Origin: Candidatus Latescibacterota bacterium
GTDB lineage: Bacteria; Latescibacterota; UBA2968; UBA8231
Direction: 5' to 3'
DNA: 64,000 nt
Assembly: GCA_965248265.1 (NCBI GenBank)
Contig: CBDFJF010000002.1
Location: 2,400,001 to 2,464,000, forward strand
Part shown: positions 38,668 through 48,572 of the stretch, piece after piece
Numbering within the stretch: position 1 is the stretch's first letter
Layout: each line of letters opens with the position of its first letter
The notes under the pieces: model-generated
Told to the model about the DNA's origin: nothing
The model's input: only the letters and a program-made list of their open reading frames with translations
Database searches by the model: none
Translations under genes and position numbers: made by a program

Positions 38668-41031
38668 GTGATGCCTGACCATACCCATCAAAGCGCCCGC
38701 GCTACCCGGCTGCTCCTAGTCGGGCTGGTGGCCACGACAGCGATCAAGCTGTGGGTCGTCGACCATGGCCTTCCCTTCATATATGAAGAGGCGACGCCGG
38801 TACGGCAGGCCTGGGAGATGTGGAATTGGGGCAATCCGAGCTTCGACCCAAACCCGGCCTTCTTCAACTACCCCGCCCTCACCTTCCACCTCAACTGGCT
38901 CGCCCAGGCAGTCTGCTACGCATTCGGGTCCATCATCGGGTCGGAGACTACGGCCGCGTGGGAATCGATTCCGGAGATAGCGCCTGAGGCTGTCCTCATC
39001 GGGCGCGTCATCAGCCTCATCTTCGGGGTGGCCGCCGCTTGGGGCGTGTACCGCGTCGGTCGGCTCTTGCTGCCGGCTACGTGGGCGGCTTGGTCGGGTG
39101 TCGCAGCGTCGGTCATGCTGTTGCCGGTGAAATTCAGCCTCATCAGCACCGTCGATCTTCCACTCCTCTTCTTCACCACGCTGGCTCTGTACGACATCGC
39201 CGTCCTGCCGTGGCGGCAGCGACTCGAATACCATCTACGCATCGGTCTGTGGATCGCGCTTGCTGCTGCGTGCAAATACACGGGTGCAGTCCTCGCCGTC
39301 CCGTACGTCCTCTGCGGGCTCTGTCTGTCTGGAGCACCGCGGTGGCGCTGGCTGTGGAGTCGCCGACCCTGGCTGGCCGGTGCAGTGACGTTGGTCGTCT
39401 TCTTTGCGATAAACCCTTTCATCCTGCTCGACTATCCTGCATTCTCACTCCAATTCGGCTTTGAGCGTTGGCACATGATCCTGGGTCACTTCGGCCAGCG
39501 CGATCCTGCCCACGTCGTCTATTCCATCGCCATCTTCAGAAACCTCGGCTTGCCCCTGGCGCTCTTCGCACTCGTGGGTATCGCGCCCGCGTTCTTGGGC
39601 CGGAACAGGCGGCAATGGCTGCCCCTGCTAGTTTTCGCGCTGGCTTACATCGTGTTGCTTGGCCTGTTCGCGACCAGCTTCGATCACTACCTGCTCCCCG
39701 TACTGCCCGTACTGTTGCTGCTGTCGGTCACCGGCTTGCGTACGGCGCTGATGGCCTTGCGTCGCCGCACGCACCGCTCGGTGCCGGCGACGGCCGTCCT
39801 GCTCGCTTGTCTCGTCTGGCTCGCCTGGCCCTCGGCCCAGGCTATCCTCGACCGGCGCCTTCCCGATACCCGGACGTTGGCGGGCCGTTGGATTCAGCAG
39901 AACGTCCCCGCCGGGTCAACGTTCGCCAGCGAGATGCTCTCACCGGCGGCAAGTTCTCACCATCCCCGCGTCCTGATTCCCATGCACTCGACGGCACCTG
40001 AAATCACACGGCCCTTTTACCGCCCGGGTTGGTATGAACCCTTCGACTACTTCCTTGTCAGCGCCGCGGTCTCGAGCCGCTATCAGGCGGAACCCTACCG
40101 CTTCCCGGCCCAGGTTTCGCTCTACCAGGTACTCTCAGATCGGTGGGAGATCGTGCACTGGCAGTCCGCGGGCGATAACCCGGGACCAGACATCTGGATA
40201 TACCGCAACCCCGAGGCCGATGGGCACGATGCGCGGGCGTATTCCGACAAGCTCTACGACGAACTTGCCGCCGCGCCGGAGCAGACGGGCAAGAGGTTTC
40301 TGGACAATGTGGCGGCCGTACTCCTGGAGTCCGGGAATCTCTATCTCGCGGCCGACGTCTACGACTATCTGGTCCGCAATTTTCCGGAACAGACCAACTA
40401 CCGGCTTCGCTACGCCGATGTTCTCCAGCGTCTCGGCAAACCGGATTGGGCTGCCGGGTTGCTCGAGTCAAGCACCCTCGATGACGGGCATGATCAGGCC
40501 GTGCTCCACTACTACCGTGGCGAATACGACCGAGCGGCCGAGATATGGTCTCGACTGGCCGAGAGTGCGCCGGAGGACTTAGTGAGCAGAACCAACCTGG
40601 CGGCTGCCAACACGGCGCGCGGCGACACGGCTGAGGCGATCCGCTGGCATCGCGAGGCGCTTGCCGTGAATCCGAAAGACCTTGCCACCATCGAGGCCCT
40701 GGGAGAGCTGCAACTGGCCACCGGGGCGCTGGCCGACGCCGCTGACATCTACGGGTACGGCCTCGAGATCGACTCGACGAATGTCACCTTCTACCTCAAC
40801 CTGGGCATTGCCCGCGTCCGGTTGGGTGACACCGTCGGTGCAGTGCAGGTCTGGAAAGCAGGGATGGCCGCCGTTCCCGATTCGCCGAGATTGCCCAACA
40901 ACCTGGCCGTGGCCTACGCGACGATGGGACAGCACGACCTGGCCATAGAGACTCTGCGTGCCGCCGTGCAAGCGCACCCGGATGTGCTCTATCTTCGGGA
41001 AAGGCTCTCGGCATTGAAGCGGCAACGGTGA
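38668..41031 (+). CDS. PMT/ArnT-like GT-C glycosyltransferase with C-terminal TPRs
   Basis: NP.FFNYP, GR.IS..FG, KY.G, NPF, DTR..A..WI..N; about 10 TM segments and several TPRs. Confidence 0.8.
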   Translation: MMPDHTHQSARATRLLLVGLVATTAIKLWVVDHGLPFIYEEATPVRQAWEMWNWGNPSFDPNPAFFNYPALTFHLNWLAQAVCYAFGSIIGSETTAAWESIPEIAPEAVLIGRVISLIFGVAAAWGVYRVGRLLLPATWAAWSGVAASVMLLPVKFSLISTVDLPLLFFTTLALYDIAVLPWRQRLEYHLRIGLWIALAAACKYTGAVLAVPYVLCGLCLSGAPRWRWLWSRRPWLAGAVTLVVFFAINPFILLDYPAFSLQFGFERWHMILGHFGQRDPAHVVYSIAIFRNLGLPLALFALVGIAPAFLGRNRRQWLPLLVFALAYIVLLGLFATSFDHYLLPVLPVLLLLSVTGLRTALMALRRRTHRSVPATAVLLACLVWLAWPSAQAILDRRLPDTRTLAGRWIQQNVPAGSTFASEMLSPAASSHHPRVLIPMHSTAPEITRPFYRPGWYEPFDYFLVSAAVSSRYQAEPYRFPAQVSLYQVLSDRWEIVHWQSAGDNPGPDIWIYRNPEADGHDARAYSDKLYDELAAAPEQTGKRFLDNVAAVLLESGNLYLAADVYDYLVRNFPEQTNYRLRYADVLQRLGKPDWAAGLLESSTLDDGHDQAVLHYYRGEYDRAAEIWSRLAESAPEDLVSRTNLAAANTARGDTAEAIRWHREALAVNPKDLATIEALGELQLATGALADAADIYGYGLEIDSTNVTFYLNLGIARVRLGDTVGAVQVWKAGMAAVPDSPRLPNNLAVAYATMGQHDLAIETLRAAVQAHPDVLYLRERLSALKRQR

Positions 41032-41308
41032 GGTGAGCGACCAGCTTTATCCTGAACGATGAGATCATGGTGGCGCAAAGATTGGGTGAGAAAGCCAGCC
41101 CCCCTTGCGACGGAGCACCGATGTGTGATCTGAAGGAGATTCGCGCACGGGTGGGCTCGTAAGGGCATGCACGATGTCATCGGTCGGATTCGGAAGGCGT
41201 CCATGCTCGCAAAAGCCGGACTGAGTCTGGAGGTCGATTGGGACCAGATGTGTTTGACAGGCCTTGAATGGCGTGTGTTACTAGCCTTCATACAAGGGAG
41301 CATTGGTG

Positions 41309-42103
41309 ATGATCAGCGAATTCAGGCTCGATGACCTGAGTGGAATGCGGGAGGCCTATGAACGAGACGGAGCGCTCGTGGTGCGCGACGTGCTTCCTGC
41401 GGAACTGGTCGCCGAGATCAACCAGCACATCGAGTGGTTGATCGAGCGTCATCCCGAGCTGCGACCCGAGAGTCTCGGACATCAGTTGATTGCCGGAGAT
41501 CCGTTCTGGGTGCGCTTCTTGAGCGATGAGTGCCTGCTGCAAGTCGCAGAGCCGCTGGTGGGGCCCGACATCGCCTTCTTCGCCGCCGACTACATCGCCA
41601 AGCCGCCAAAAGAGGGCCTCGAAGTGCGCTGGCATCAGGACGGCAACTACTGGCCCCTCGAGCCGATGGAGGTCGTCACCGTCTGGTTTGCCGCCACCCG
41701 ATCGAGACGGGAAAACGGCTGTGTGAAGATCGTTCCGGGATCACACCGATTGGGTGAGCTGACACACCATTCGACGAGGGACCAGCCCGACCTGCTGTCG
41801 TCGGCCGTCGACCCGGGCTTGTTCGATGAAAGTGAAGCCGTGTGCGTAGAGCTCGACCCGGGCGACGTCTCCGTCCACCATCCGCTCATCCTGCACGGAT
41901 CGGATGCCAACACGAGCGCGGAATGGCGACGGGGCGGCTCGATTCAGTACATGCCGCCGTCGACGCGCATCACCTCCCCGGGCTGGTCGAGTGCGTTTCT
42001 GTTCCGGGGCAAGCCCGTTGAGGGCGTCAACAACTACCAGCCTCTGCCACGGTACGTCGCCGGAGAGCACATGCCGTTTCGAGGCTGGGAGGAGTGGGAG
42101 TAA
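41309..42103 (+). CDS. Phytanoyl-CoA dioxygenase (PhyH) family protein
   Basis: WHQD, ENGC...PGSH, HGS..N, RR. Confidence 0.92.
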   Translation: MISEFRLDDLSGMREAYERDGALVVRDVLPAELVAEINQHIEWLIERHPELRPESLGHQLIAGDPFWVRFLSDECLLQVAEPLVGPDIAFFAADYIAKPPKEGLEVRWHQDGNYWPLEPMEVVTVWFAATRSRRENGCVKIVPGSHRLGELTHHSTRDQPDLLSSAVDPGLFDESEAVCVELDPGDVSVHHPLILHGSDANTSAEWRRGGSIQYMPPSTRITSPGWSSAFLFRGKPVEGVNNYQPLPRYVAGEHMPFRGWEEWE

Positions 42104-42229
42104 CAGCTAAAGGGCGCGACCTACCAGGCCGGTCCGCCGACGCTTAGCAACGCTTCCGCCACCTGGCCGAACGGCTGGCCATCCAACTCCAATTCCATCG
42201 CAAAGGGCTGGTGATGACAAGGCCGGTCC

Positions 42230-42350
42230 GGTGTGATTTGCAGGACGTGTTCGACTTCGGCGCGCCCTTGCGCAGTCGTCCCGGAGGATACCTGGGTCAG
42301 GTCGCCCAGATGCACGACGGGATCCACGCCCAGGGCCGCAACCAGGCGGA
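42230..42350 (-). pseudogene. Possible metallophosphoesterase fragment
   Basis: VDPVVHLGDLT motif with no supporting full ORF. Confidence 0.35.
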
Positions 42351-42809
42351 GTGCGACCCCGGCCCGGTGAGCTAAGGGATTTTCTGAACTCGAGACATGG
42401 CCCGCACGATACGCATTCTATGGGTCTTAGAACCCACAAGCCGCGTACCTGCGCTCGTCCGGGACTTCCAGCGGTACTGATTGGACGCCGGCTCCGCGCC
42501 CCATACATCACAGGTCCTGCTGTACGGCGCTGCCCCTCTACCGAGTCGGGGATTTGCTGGGACAGGAGTCTCGGGCGTTTTCAGCGACAGATTAGGGCAC
42601 AACGGTGACGTCGTTGTGACCGCTTCAGGCGGCGAAATCCAGTTCAGGTTGGGGATGGGGGCGTGAGGGGGCGATCGGCGGTGCCCGTGATGGCAGGCCG
42701 ACGCCTTCCAGGTAGCGGGCAATGGAGCGGGGCTCGGTAAACTCCGTAAACGAGGGAAACGGCAATAGAGGCACGAAGAGAGGAGGAAACCAAAACTCAG
42801 GAATCGCAG

Positions 42810-44459
42810 CTATTCGATCCAGAACGAATACAACCTGGCGTTCTTCAGATGCAACGACAGGCGCACGTACCGCTCTTTCAGCCCGGCCATCGTCTCGTTT
42901 CGGCTCCAACCGATGCGGCTGCGGGTGGAATCGGCGCGGACCGCCTGGCAGTCGTCCTCACCAAAGCCGTCAATGGCGCGGCCGTCTTCGGCCACGACTG
43001 AGGCACGCACGTGTCCGTTCGCAGCAACGTCTGCGTTCACGAAGAGTTTGCCTTCCCCTTCAAACACGAGGGGTCGGGTGATTACGACGCCCGGCTCATT
43101 GCCGGCGTTGAGGGAGGCGAAGCCGTCGCGGCGAAGGATTGCCACGCCCATTGACGAAACCCAAAGGGCTTTGTCCTGGTCGATGTTCTTGCCGTAGTAG
43201 TAGAACCACAGCTCATCATCTCTCAACACGGGCCCGCTCACGGTGTGCAGGTTTACCATGCGTATATAGTGAGGTTTCCAACCGTCCTCGGGACCCAGGT
43301 CGATGAAGGGCCGACGGTCGCCGAGATAGTACCAGTGCCTCCCGTCCCGGCTGCCGGCCAGGCGAATTCGGTTTCGTTTGATGTAGGGCCGGGTCGGCAT
43401 GAGGTTCCGCCTCCTGCTCTCTTCCTCGCTGGCCGGATGGTACCACGACATCGAAAAGTGATTCAGCCACATGCTCTCGTAGGGGAAGCCGTCCGCTTCG
43501 TAAATGCCGTACATTCCCGGCATCTTCGCGTCCTCACCGTCGGGATAGGCGTAGACTCGCGGGCTGGACCAGTGGACCAGGTCGTCACTTTCGCACACCG
43601 TCACCACGCGCCCGACTTGAAAAACCGGCGACAACCGCAGGTCGGGGCCAAACGTATGCTTGGTATTAGCGATGTACTTCTTCAACCTCGGGTCCCACCG
43701 GATTTGAAGCATGTCGCTGATGCCGGTCGGTCGCGTGTAGGGCGGTTCGAAGCTGGCCGGTCCCTTCGGCAGCGAGGTTGCGCTCCTGCGTGTCCATCGG
43801 ATTCCGTCCGGTGAGACGTACAGGTCGTAGAGATGGGCGCGCAACGGCGCGGGAGGCTCGGGCGGCGGAGGGGTTTTCGGACCACCGCGCCACGCGGGGC
43901 GCTGACGCACGGGGGCGACGGCGTACGGCCAGGTCACTTGCGTTTGGGGGCCGCTGATCGCCTTCCATCGCTGGCTTTCATCAGGATCGTCCGGTTCGTA
44001 GAGCAGGCCGAAGATGCCGGGGACGGCGATCAGATTGTTGTTCGGCTCGCCGGCCGGCGCGTCCGCCGGGCGATCGCAGACATCGAGATCGGGCTTGTCC
44101 CAGTTCAAGCCGTCCTTGGAGAAGGCCACTCGAGTGCCGCCCGCGCCGTAGTAGACGCGATAGCCGCCTTCCTCGTCCGGACCGACATATCCCGGCGAGC
44201 ACTTGACCATCAACGGGTTGGCCGGGTGGTCCTCGGGGCTGTGGAACTGCCGCTTCACACCACGCCGGTGCGCTAGAAGAAAGTCATCGACAAAGAGCTG
44301 GCGCGTCGTGTCGATCTTCATCCGCCAGAGGCACAAGTCCTCCGGGAAGATCAGCTGCTCATTGAGGAGGATGCCGTAGCCCTCAGGGAACGACGACCAG
44401 TCCGTGACCAGGTCGGATCCTTCCCAGGGCGGCAGCGTGGTCCGATCATATATTTCCAT
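42810..44459 (-). CDS. GH32-like beta-propeller protein (paralog 4)
   Basis: Very similar to 16206-17933 (FPEDLCLWRMKIDTTRQLFVDDFL, RNLMPTRP, VVITRPLVFEGEGKLFVNADV, LYSFWIE). Confidence 0.8.
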   Translation of the reverse strand: MEIYDRTTLPPWEGSDLVTDWSSFPEGYGILLNEQLIFPEDLCLWRMKIDTTRQLFVDDFLLAHRRGVKRQFHSPEDHPANPLMVKCSPGYVGPDEEGGYRVYYGAGGTRVAFSKDGLNWDKPDLDVCDRPADAPAGEPNNNLIAVPGIFGLLYEPDDPDESQRWKAISGPQTQVTWPYAVAPVRQRPAWRGGPKTPPPPEPPAPLRAHLYDLYVSPDGIRWTRRSATSLPKGPASFEPPYTRPTGISDMLQIRWDPRLKKYIANTKHTFGPDLRLSPVFQVGRVVTVCESDDLVHWSSPRVYAYPDGEDAKMPGMYGIYEADGFPYESMWLNHFSMSWYHPASEEESRRRNLMPTRPYIKRNRIRLAGSRDGRHWYYLGDRRPFIDLGPEDGWKPHYIRMVNLHTVSGPVLRDDELWFYYYGKNIDQDKALWVSSMGVAILRRDGFASLNAGNEPGVVITRPLVFEGEGKLFVNADVAANGHVRASVVAEDGRAIDGFGEDDCQAVRADSTRSRIGWSRNETMAGLKERYVRLSLHLKNARLYSFWIE

Positions 44460-44642
44460 GACGACTCCGACACGTCACTTCCGTTCCTGTTTCCTATGGC
44501 TTGGTTTCTTCACGGCTCCCGGGCTGTCCGTAACGACCCGATGCTGGATCACAACATGACAGGATCGCAACCCACCCGATGATCGCCTCCCGCGTCCCGC
44601 GTTCGTGGACGGCGAGCACATGCACACTCGTGGAGATGAATC

Positions 44643-47411
44643 GTGGAGACCTGGACGAAAATAGGTGAAACCGGCACGCGGCGCCTCGGGGGGTTCGCGG
44701 CGTTCGCCCGTGGCCGATGCGAGAACGGGGGAGGCAATCTCTATGTCAACGCAAAGGGAGAAATCGAGAGGATTCACCGAACCAGCATCAAAGACGACCC
44801 CTACGTCGACATCATCCTGCCCAACAGCCACGGCTACGTCGAGCGCGGACCCACGTGGATCTACAAACCCCCGATGCCGGACGGAAGGCGCGATGGCCGA
44901 CCGTGCGGACGCGAGACGCCGGCGCGGCGGGAACTGCCCAACGACAGCGGCTGGATGAGCCGCGTGGTCGACGTCGACGGTGATGGGTACCTCGATCTGA
45001 TCGTCGTCAACGGCGAAAACGGCGTCACGTCCGAACTGGATTCCTACGTGTACTGGGGAGGCCCCGACGGGTTGACCGGCCGGCGGGTCGAGCTGCCCAC
45101 CATGGGCGCCTACGACGTCGCGGCCATCGACCTGACCGGGGACGGCCGGCTCGACCTGATATTCCCCTCCGCCTGGTGCGATCACCACAACGCCGGCAGA
45201 CCACTGTCGCTTCGAGTCTACCGGCAGATCCGGCCGCGCCGGTTCGTGGACGACTCGCAACACTATGCCCTGATCGGCGTCGGCGCCGCCTCTGTCGCTT
45301 GCGCGGACCTGACCGGCAACGGCAAGGCCGATCTCGTCGTCGCCAATTATCGCAGTGGTTTCGAATATGACACGGAGTCCTTCGTGTACTGGGGAACAGA
45401 AGGTGGATTCGCCGTTGAGGCGCCCCTGCGGCTGCCGTCGCATCACGCCCGGCAGGTGCTCCTGGCGGATCTGGACGGCGATGGCCGCGATGAGATCGTC
45501 TTCGCCGGCGGCGACCAGGTGTGGATCTACTGGAACGATCGCGGCACTTTCTCGCCGCAGCGCCGCACGATCCTGGCCGCCGATGGCTGCACCACGCTGC
45601 TGTGTGCCGGCGCAGTGCGTGTGGAAGCGGCCGACGTGGATGGGGATGGCCGGAACGAATTATTGGTTGCAACGGTCGAGGGTGTCGAGATTCGATCGTC
45701 CCGCGACGTGCAGACGGTTTCGAAATTGCTGTCCCTGCCTAATGCCACGTGGGTGTGCGCCGCCGATCTCGACGGAGATGGTCGGCCCGAACTGATCGCA
45801 AGCAAATACGAGGATCGAGTTTCCTATGACACGCAGTCCGCGATTTTCTGGAACGGGCCGAAAGGATTCTCAGCGGAGCGGGTCACGTGGCTCGACACGG
45901 CCGGCGCCATGGGATGTACGGCCGGCGACGTGGACGCCGATGGGCGCAACGAGGTCATCTTCAACAACACGATGCGCGGTCCCAGTCAGCAATGGGACGA
46001 CCTTCCCGCGTACATCTATCTTGGCAGTCCGAACGCCGACTACGGTCTCCATCGACGCCTGGAATTGCCCACCGGGGGCGGCACGCACGGCTACGTGTTG
46101 GCGGACCTCGATCTGGATGGCTACGCGGACCTGGTCCTGACGAGGAACGAAGGCCTGCGAATTTTTCCCGGCGGACCGGACAGCGTGAAGCCGGATCGGT
46201 TCATCGATCTGCCGACGCCGGGCCGCTACGTCATGGAAGTGCACGTCGCCGACTTCAATCGCGACGGCCATCTGGATCTTCTGGCGACCGCGCTGACTTA
46301 CGACGACAAACCGGAGACCTTCGCCAATTCGTCGATCATCTTTTTCGGCTCCGCCGAGGGATTTTCTCCCGAGCGGTCGCAGAACGTGCCCACCTTCAGC
46401 ACCGGCAAGGCGCACGTGGCCGACGTCGACAAGGACGGATACCTCGACATCATCATCGGCGACAATCGCGGGTTCATCACGATCTTTCGCGGCGCCGCCG
46501 ACGGCTATTCGCCCGACCGGGTGCGGCGCATTCCAATGGACGTGAACAATGTCAAATCACTCAATGCCGCCGACTTGAACGGCAACGGCTGGCTCGATCT
46601 CGTAGTGGGCATCGGGAGCCACTATGAACGCGGCCGTCAGAGCGTGTACGTCTACAACGGCGGCCCGGACGGATACCGTCCCGACAAAGTTCAGAAATAC
46701 ATCGGCGGCTATTCGCCCTCCGGGATCAGCGTTGCAGACATCGACCACGACGGCAAGCTGGAATTGCTCGTGTCGGCCTACTCCACGGCCCACGCACGAG
46801 TGCTGCCGCTTCAGATCTTCCGCACCGACCATGAAACGATCGAGTTCGACCATCCCACGGATCTGGACGCCGAGTCGTCCTGCGCGTCGATGGCGATCGA
46901 CCTGAACGGCAACGGGTTTCGCGATCTACTCGTGGTCTGCCATCGCAACGATCTGGGACACCAGGTCGACTCGCTGATCTTCTGGAACGGTCCGGCGGGC
47001 ATTTCGCCCGATCGCACGACCCGGCTGCCGGGTCTGGGTCCGCATTCGCTGACGTGCCGAGACCCGGGCAATGCCTACACGCGAGAGCCGACGGAGAGTT
47101 ACTTCTCGCCGCCGTTCGCGCTGGCGGATGGAATGCCCACTCGCATTCATTGGGACGCGGTGGTCCCGGAGAGCACGCAACTGAAGTTCCAATTGCGTTG
47201 GGCCGAACGGGAAGACCGGCTCGATCAGGCGCCGTGGTGCGGCCCTGGCGGTGTCGCCGGCGGGACCTACGAGCGGTCGGGCCGGCCGGTCGGTGGCATC
47301 GCCCCGGCCGCCCGATGGTTGCAGTATCGAGCGATCTTCATTTCGCCGAACAGCGCCCGATCACCACGGCTGCGAGAAGTCCGCGTGGACCTCGGCCCTC
47401 GGCACACGTAA
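44643..47411 (+). CDS. FG-GAP/VCBS repeat protein
   Basis: More than 12 DxDGDGxxDL repeats with YWG/FWNG turns; C-terminal YxS..W..P.ST.LKFQLR..WLQYRA..SPRL module. Confidence 0.88.
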   Translation: METWTKIGETGTRRLGGFAAFARGRCENGGGNLYVNAKGEIERIHRTSIKDDPYVDIILPNSHGYVERGPTWIYKPPMPDGRRDGRPCGRETPARRELPNDSGWMSRVVDVDGDGYLDLIVVNGENGVTSELDSYVYWGGPDGLTGRRVELPTMGAYDVAAIDLTGDGRLDLIFPSAWCDHHNAGRPLSLRVYRQIRPRRFVDDSQHYALIGVGAASVACADLTGNGKADLVVANYRSGFEYDTESFVYWGTEGGFAVEAPLRLPSHHARQVLLADLDGDGRDEIVFAGGDQVWIYWNDRGTFSPQRRTILAADGCTTLLCAGAVRVEAADVDGDGRNELLVATVEGVEIRSSRDVQTVSKLLSLPNATWVCAADLDGDGRPELIASKYEDRVSYDTQSAIFWNGPKGFSAERVTWLDTAGAMGCTAGDVDADGRNEVIFNNTMRGPSQQWDDLPAYIYLGSPNADYGLHRRLELPTGGGTHGYVLADLDLDGYADLVLTRNEGLRIFPGGPDSVKPDRFIDLPTPGRYVMEVHVADFNRDGHLDLLATALTYDDKPETFANSSIIFFGSAEGFSPERSQNVPTFSTGKAHVADVDKDGYLDIIIGDNRGFITIFRGAADGYSPDRVRRIPMDVNNVKSLNAADLNGNGWLDLVVGIGSHYERGRQSVYVYNGGPDGYRPDKVQKYIGGYSPSGISVADIDHDGKLELLVSAYSTAHARVLPLQIFRTDHETIEFDHPTDLDAESSCASMAIDLNGNGFRDLLVVCHRNDLGHQVDSLIFWNGPAGISPDRTTRLPGLGPHSLTCRDPGNAYTREPTESYFSPPFALADGMPTRIHWDAVVPESTQLKFQLRWAEREDRLDQAPWCGPGGVAGGTYERSGRPVGGIAPAARWLQYRAIFISPNSARSPRLREVRVDLGPRHT

Positions 47412-47511
47412 AAAAGGAGTATGCCCATGCAGCGTCGGTGCGATGTGGCCCAGGGTCTGTCCCTCTCCGGACCCGGGGCGATCGCGCCCACCGCGCTCCT
47501 GCTCGCGGCAA

Positions 47512-48555
47512 TCACATGTTTACCGAGTCGGGGTCCCAGTGCACCGTGCCCGCGACGACATCATCGAGGGCGATCGCCTCGCCGTCCCGCTCCGCCGAGA
47601 TGTTTGCCCCCAGCACTGCGGCCAGACTGTTGAGGCTGCTCACGTAAGGACTGCGCACCATACTCGGGTCGCTGTTGCGTACCGCGGCGACGAAGCTGCG
47701 TGCCTGCAAAACCGACGGGTTCTCGCCTTCATCATCCGTCCACACCGTTTCGCCGTTTTCGACCACCCTCCGCGCAGACCATTCGAGCAGCGAGTCGTCA
47801 CTGACGACGATGAGTTCCATGCGCGACACCTTCACGTTGGTCAGCACGCGGGATGTGGTGACGCTGGCGACCAGCCCGGACGCAAACCGGTAGTTGACGT
47901 CGTATACATGAGGAAAATTGATGGGTTCGGGTCCCTCACCCGGTTTGCGGTAAGAATAAAACGCGGACACTCTTTCGATATCTCCAAGAAAGTAGCGCAG
48001 CAAGTCAACGGTATGAATCGAATTCTCTACGAAGGAACCACCGCACAGCTCGAAACGGCTGGTCCAGTAGCGGCGGGAAGCGCCGCTGTAAAAGCGCTGG
48101 ACCGCGGCGTGTCGGAGTGTGCGCCGCGCGAGCAACTGCCGGGTATACTCGGCTGACGCCGAATACCGGCTCTGGTAGCCTACCTGCGATACGACGCCGG
48201 CCGCCTCGATGGCGCGTCCGTGCTGGACCGCCTGGGCCATGTCCAGACTCGGCGGCTTTTCGACGAACACATGGAGTCCCTTGGCGGCCGCCGTCGGCAC
48301 CTCGTCGGTGTGCAGGGTCGGCGGCAGGCAGACGTAGACGGCGTCCAGCTCCTCGCGATCAAGCATCATCGCGTAGTCCGTGTATGTGGCTTTCACACCG
48401 TATGCGGCCGCGCGCTCCTTCAGGGTCTCCTCGTCGAGGTCGCAGAAGGCCTCGAGGACTACTTCTCCCGACTCGATGAGTCCCGCCAGCGCCGGCAGGT
48501 GAGCGTTGGCGGCGATGTGGCCCAATCCGATGAACCCCAATCGGACTTCATCCAA
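47512..48555 (-). CDS. Gfo/Idh/MocA oxidoreductase
   Basis: RLGFIGLG, HVFVEKP, GG...ENSIHTVD. Confidence 0.9.
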   Translation of the reverse strand: MDEVRLGFIGLGHIAANAHLPALAGLIESGEVVLEAFCDLDEETLKERAAAYGVKATYTDYAMMLDREELDAVYVCLPPTLHTDEVPTAAAKGLHVFVEKPPSLDMAQAVQHGRAIEAAGVVSQVGYQSRYSASAEYTRQLLARRTLRHAAVQRFYSGASRRYWTSRFELCGGSFVENSIHTVDLLRYFLGDIERVSAFYSYRKPGEGPEPINFPHVYDVNYRFASGLVASVTTSRVLTNVKVSRMELIVVSDDSLLEWSARRVVENGETVWTDDEGENPSVLQARSFVAAVRNSDPSMVRSPYVSSLNSLAAVLGANISAERDGEAIALDDVVAGTVHWDPDSVNM

Positions 48556-48572
48556 TGACGTTCTCCGAATCG

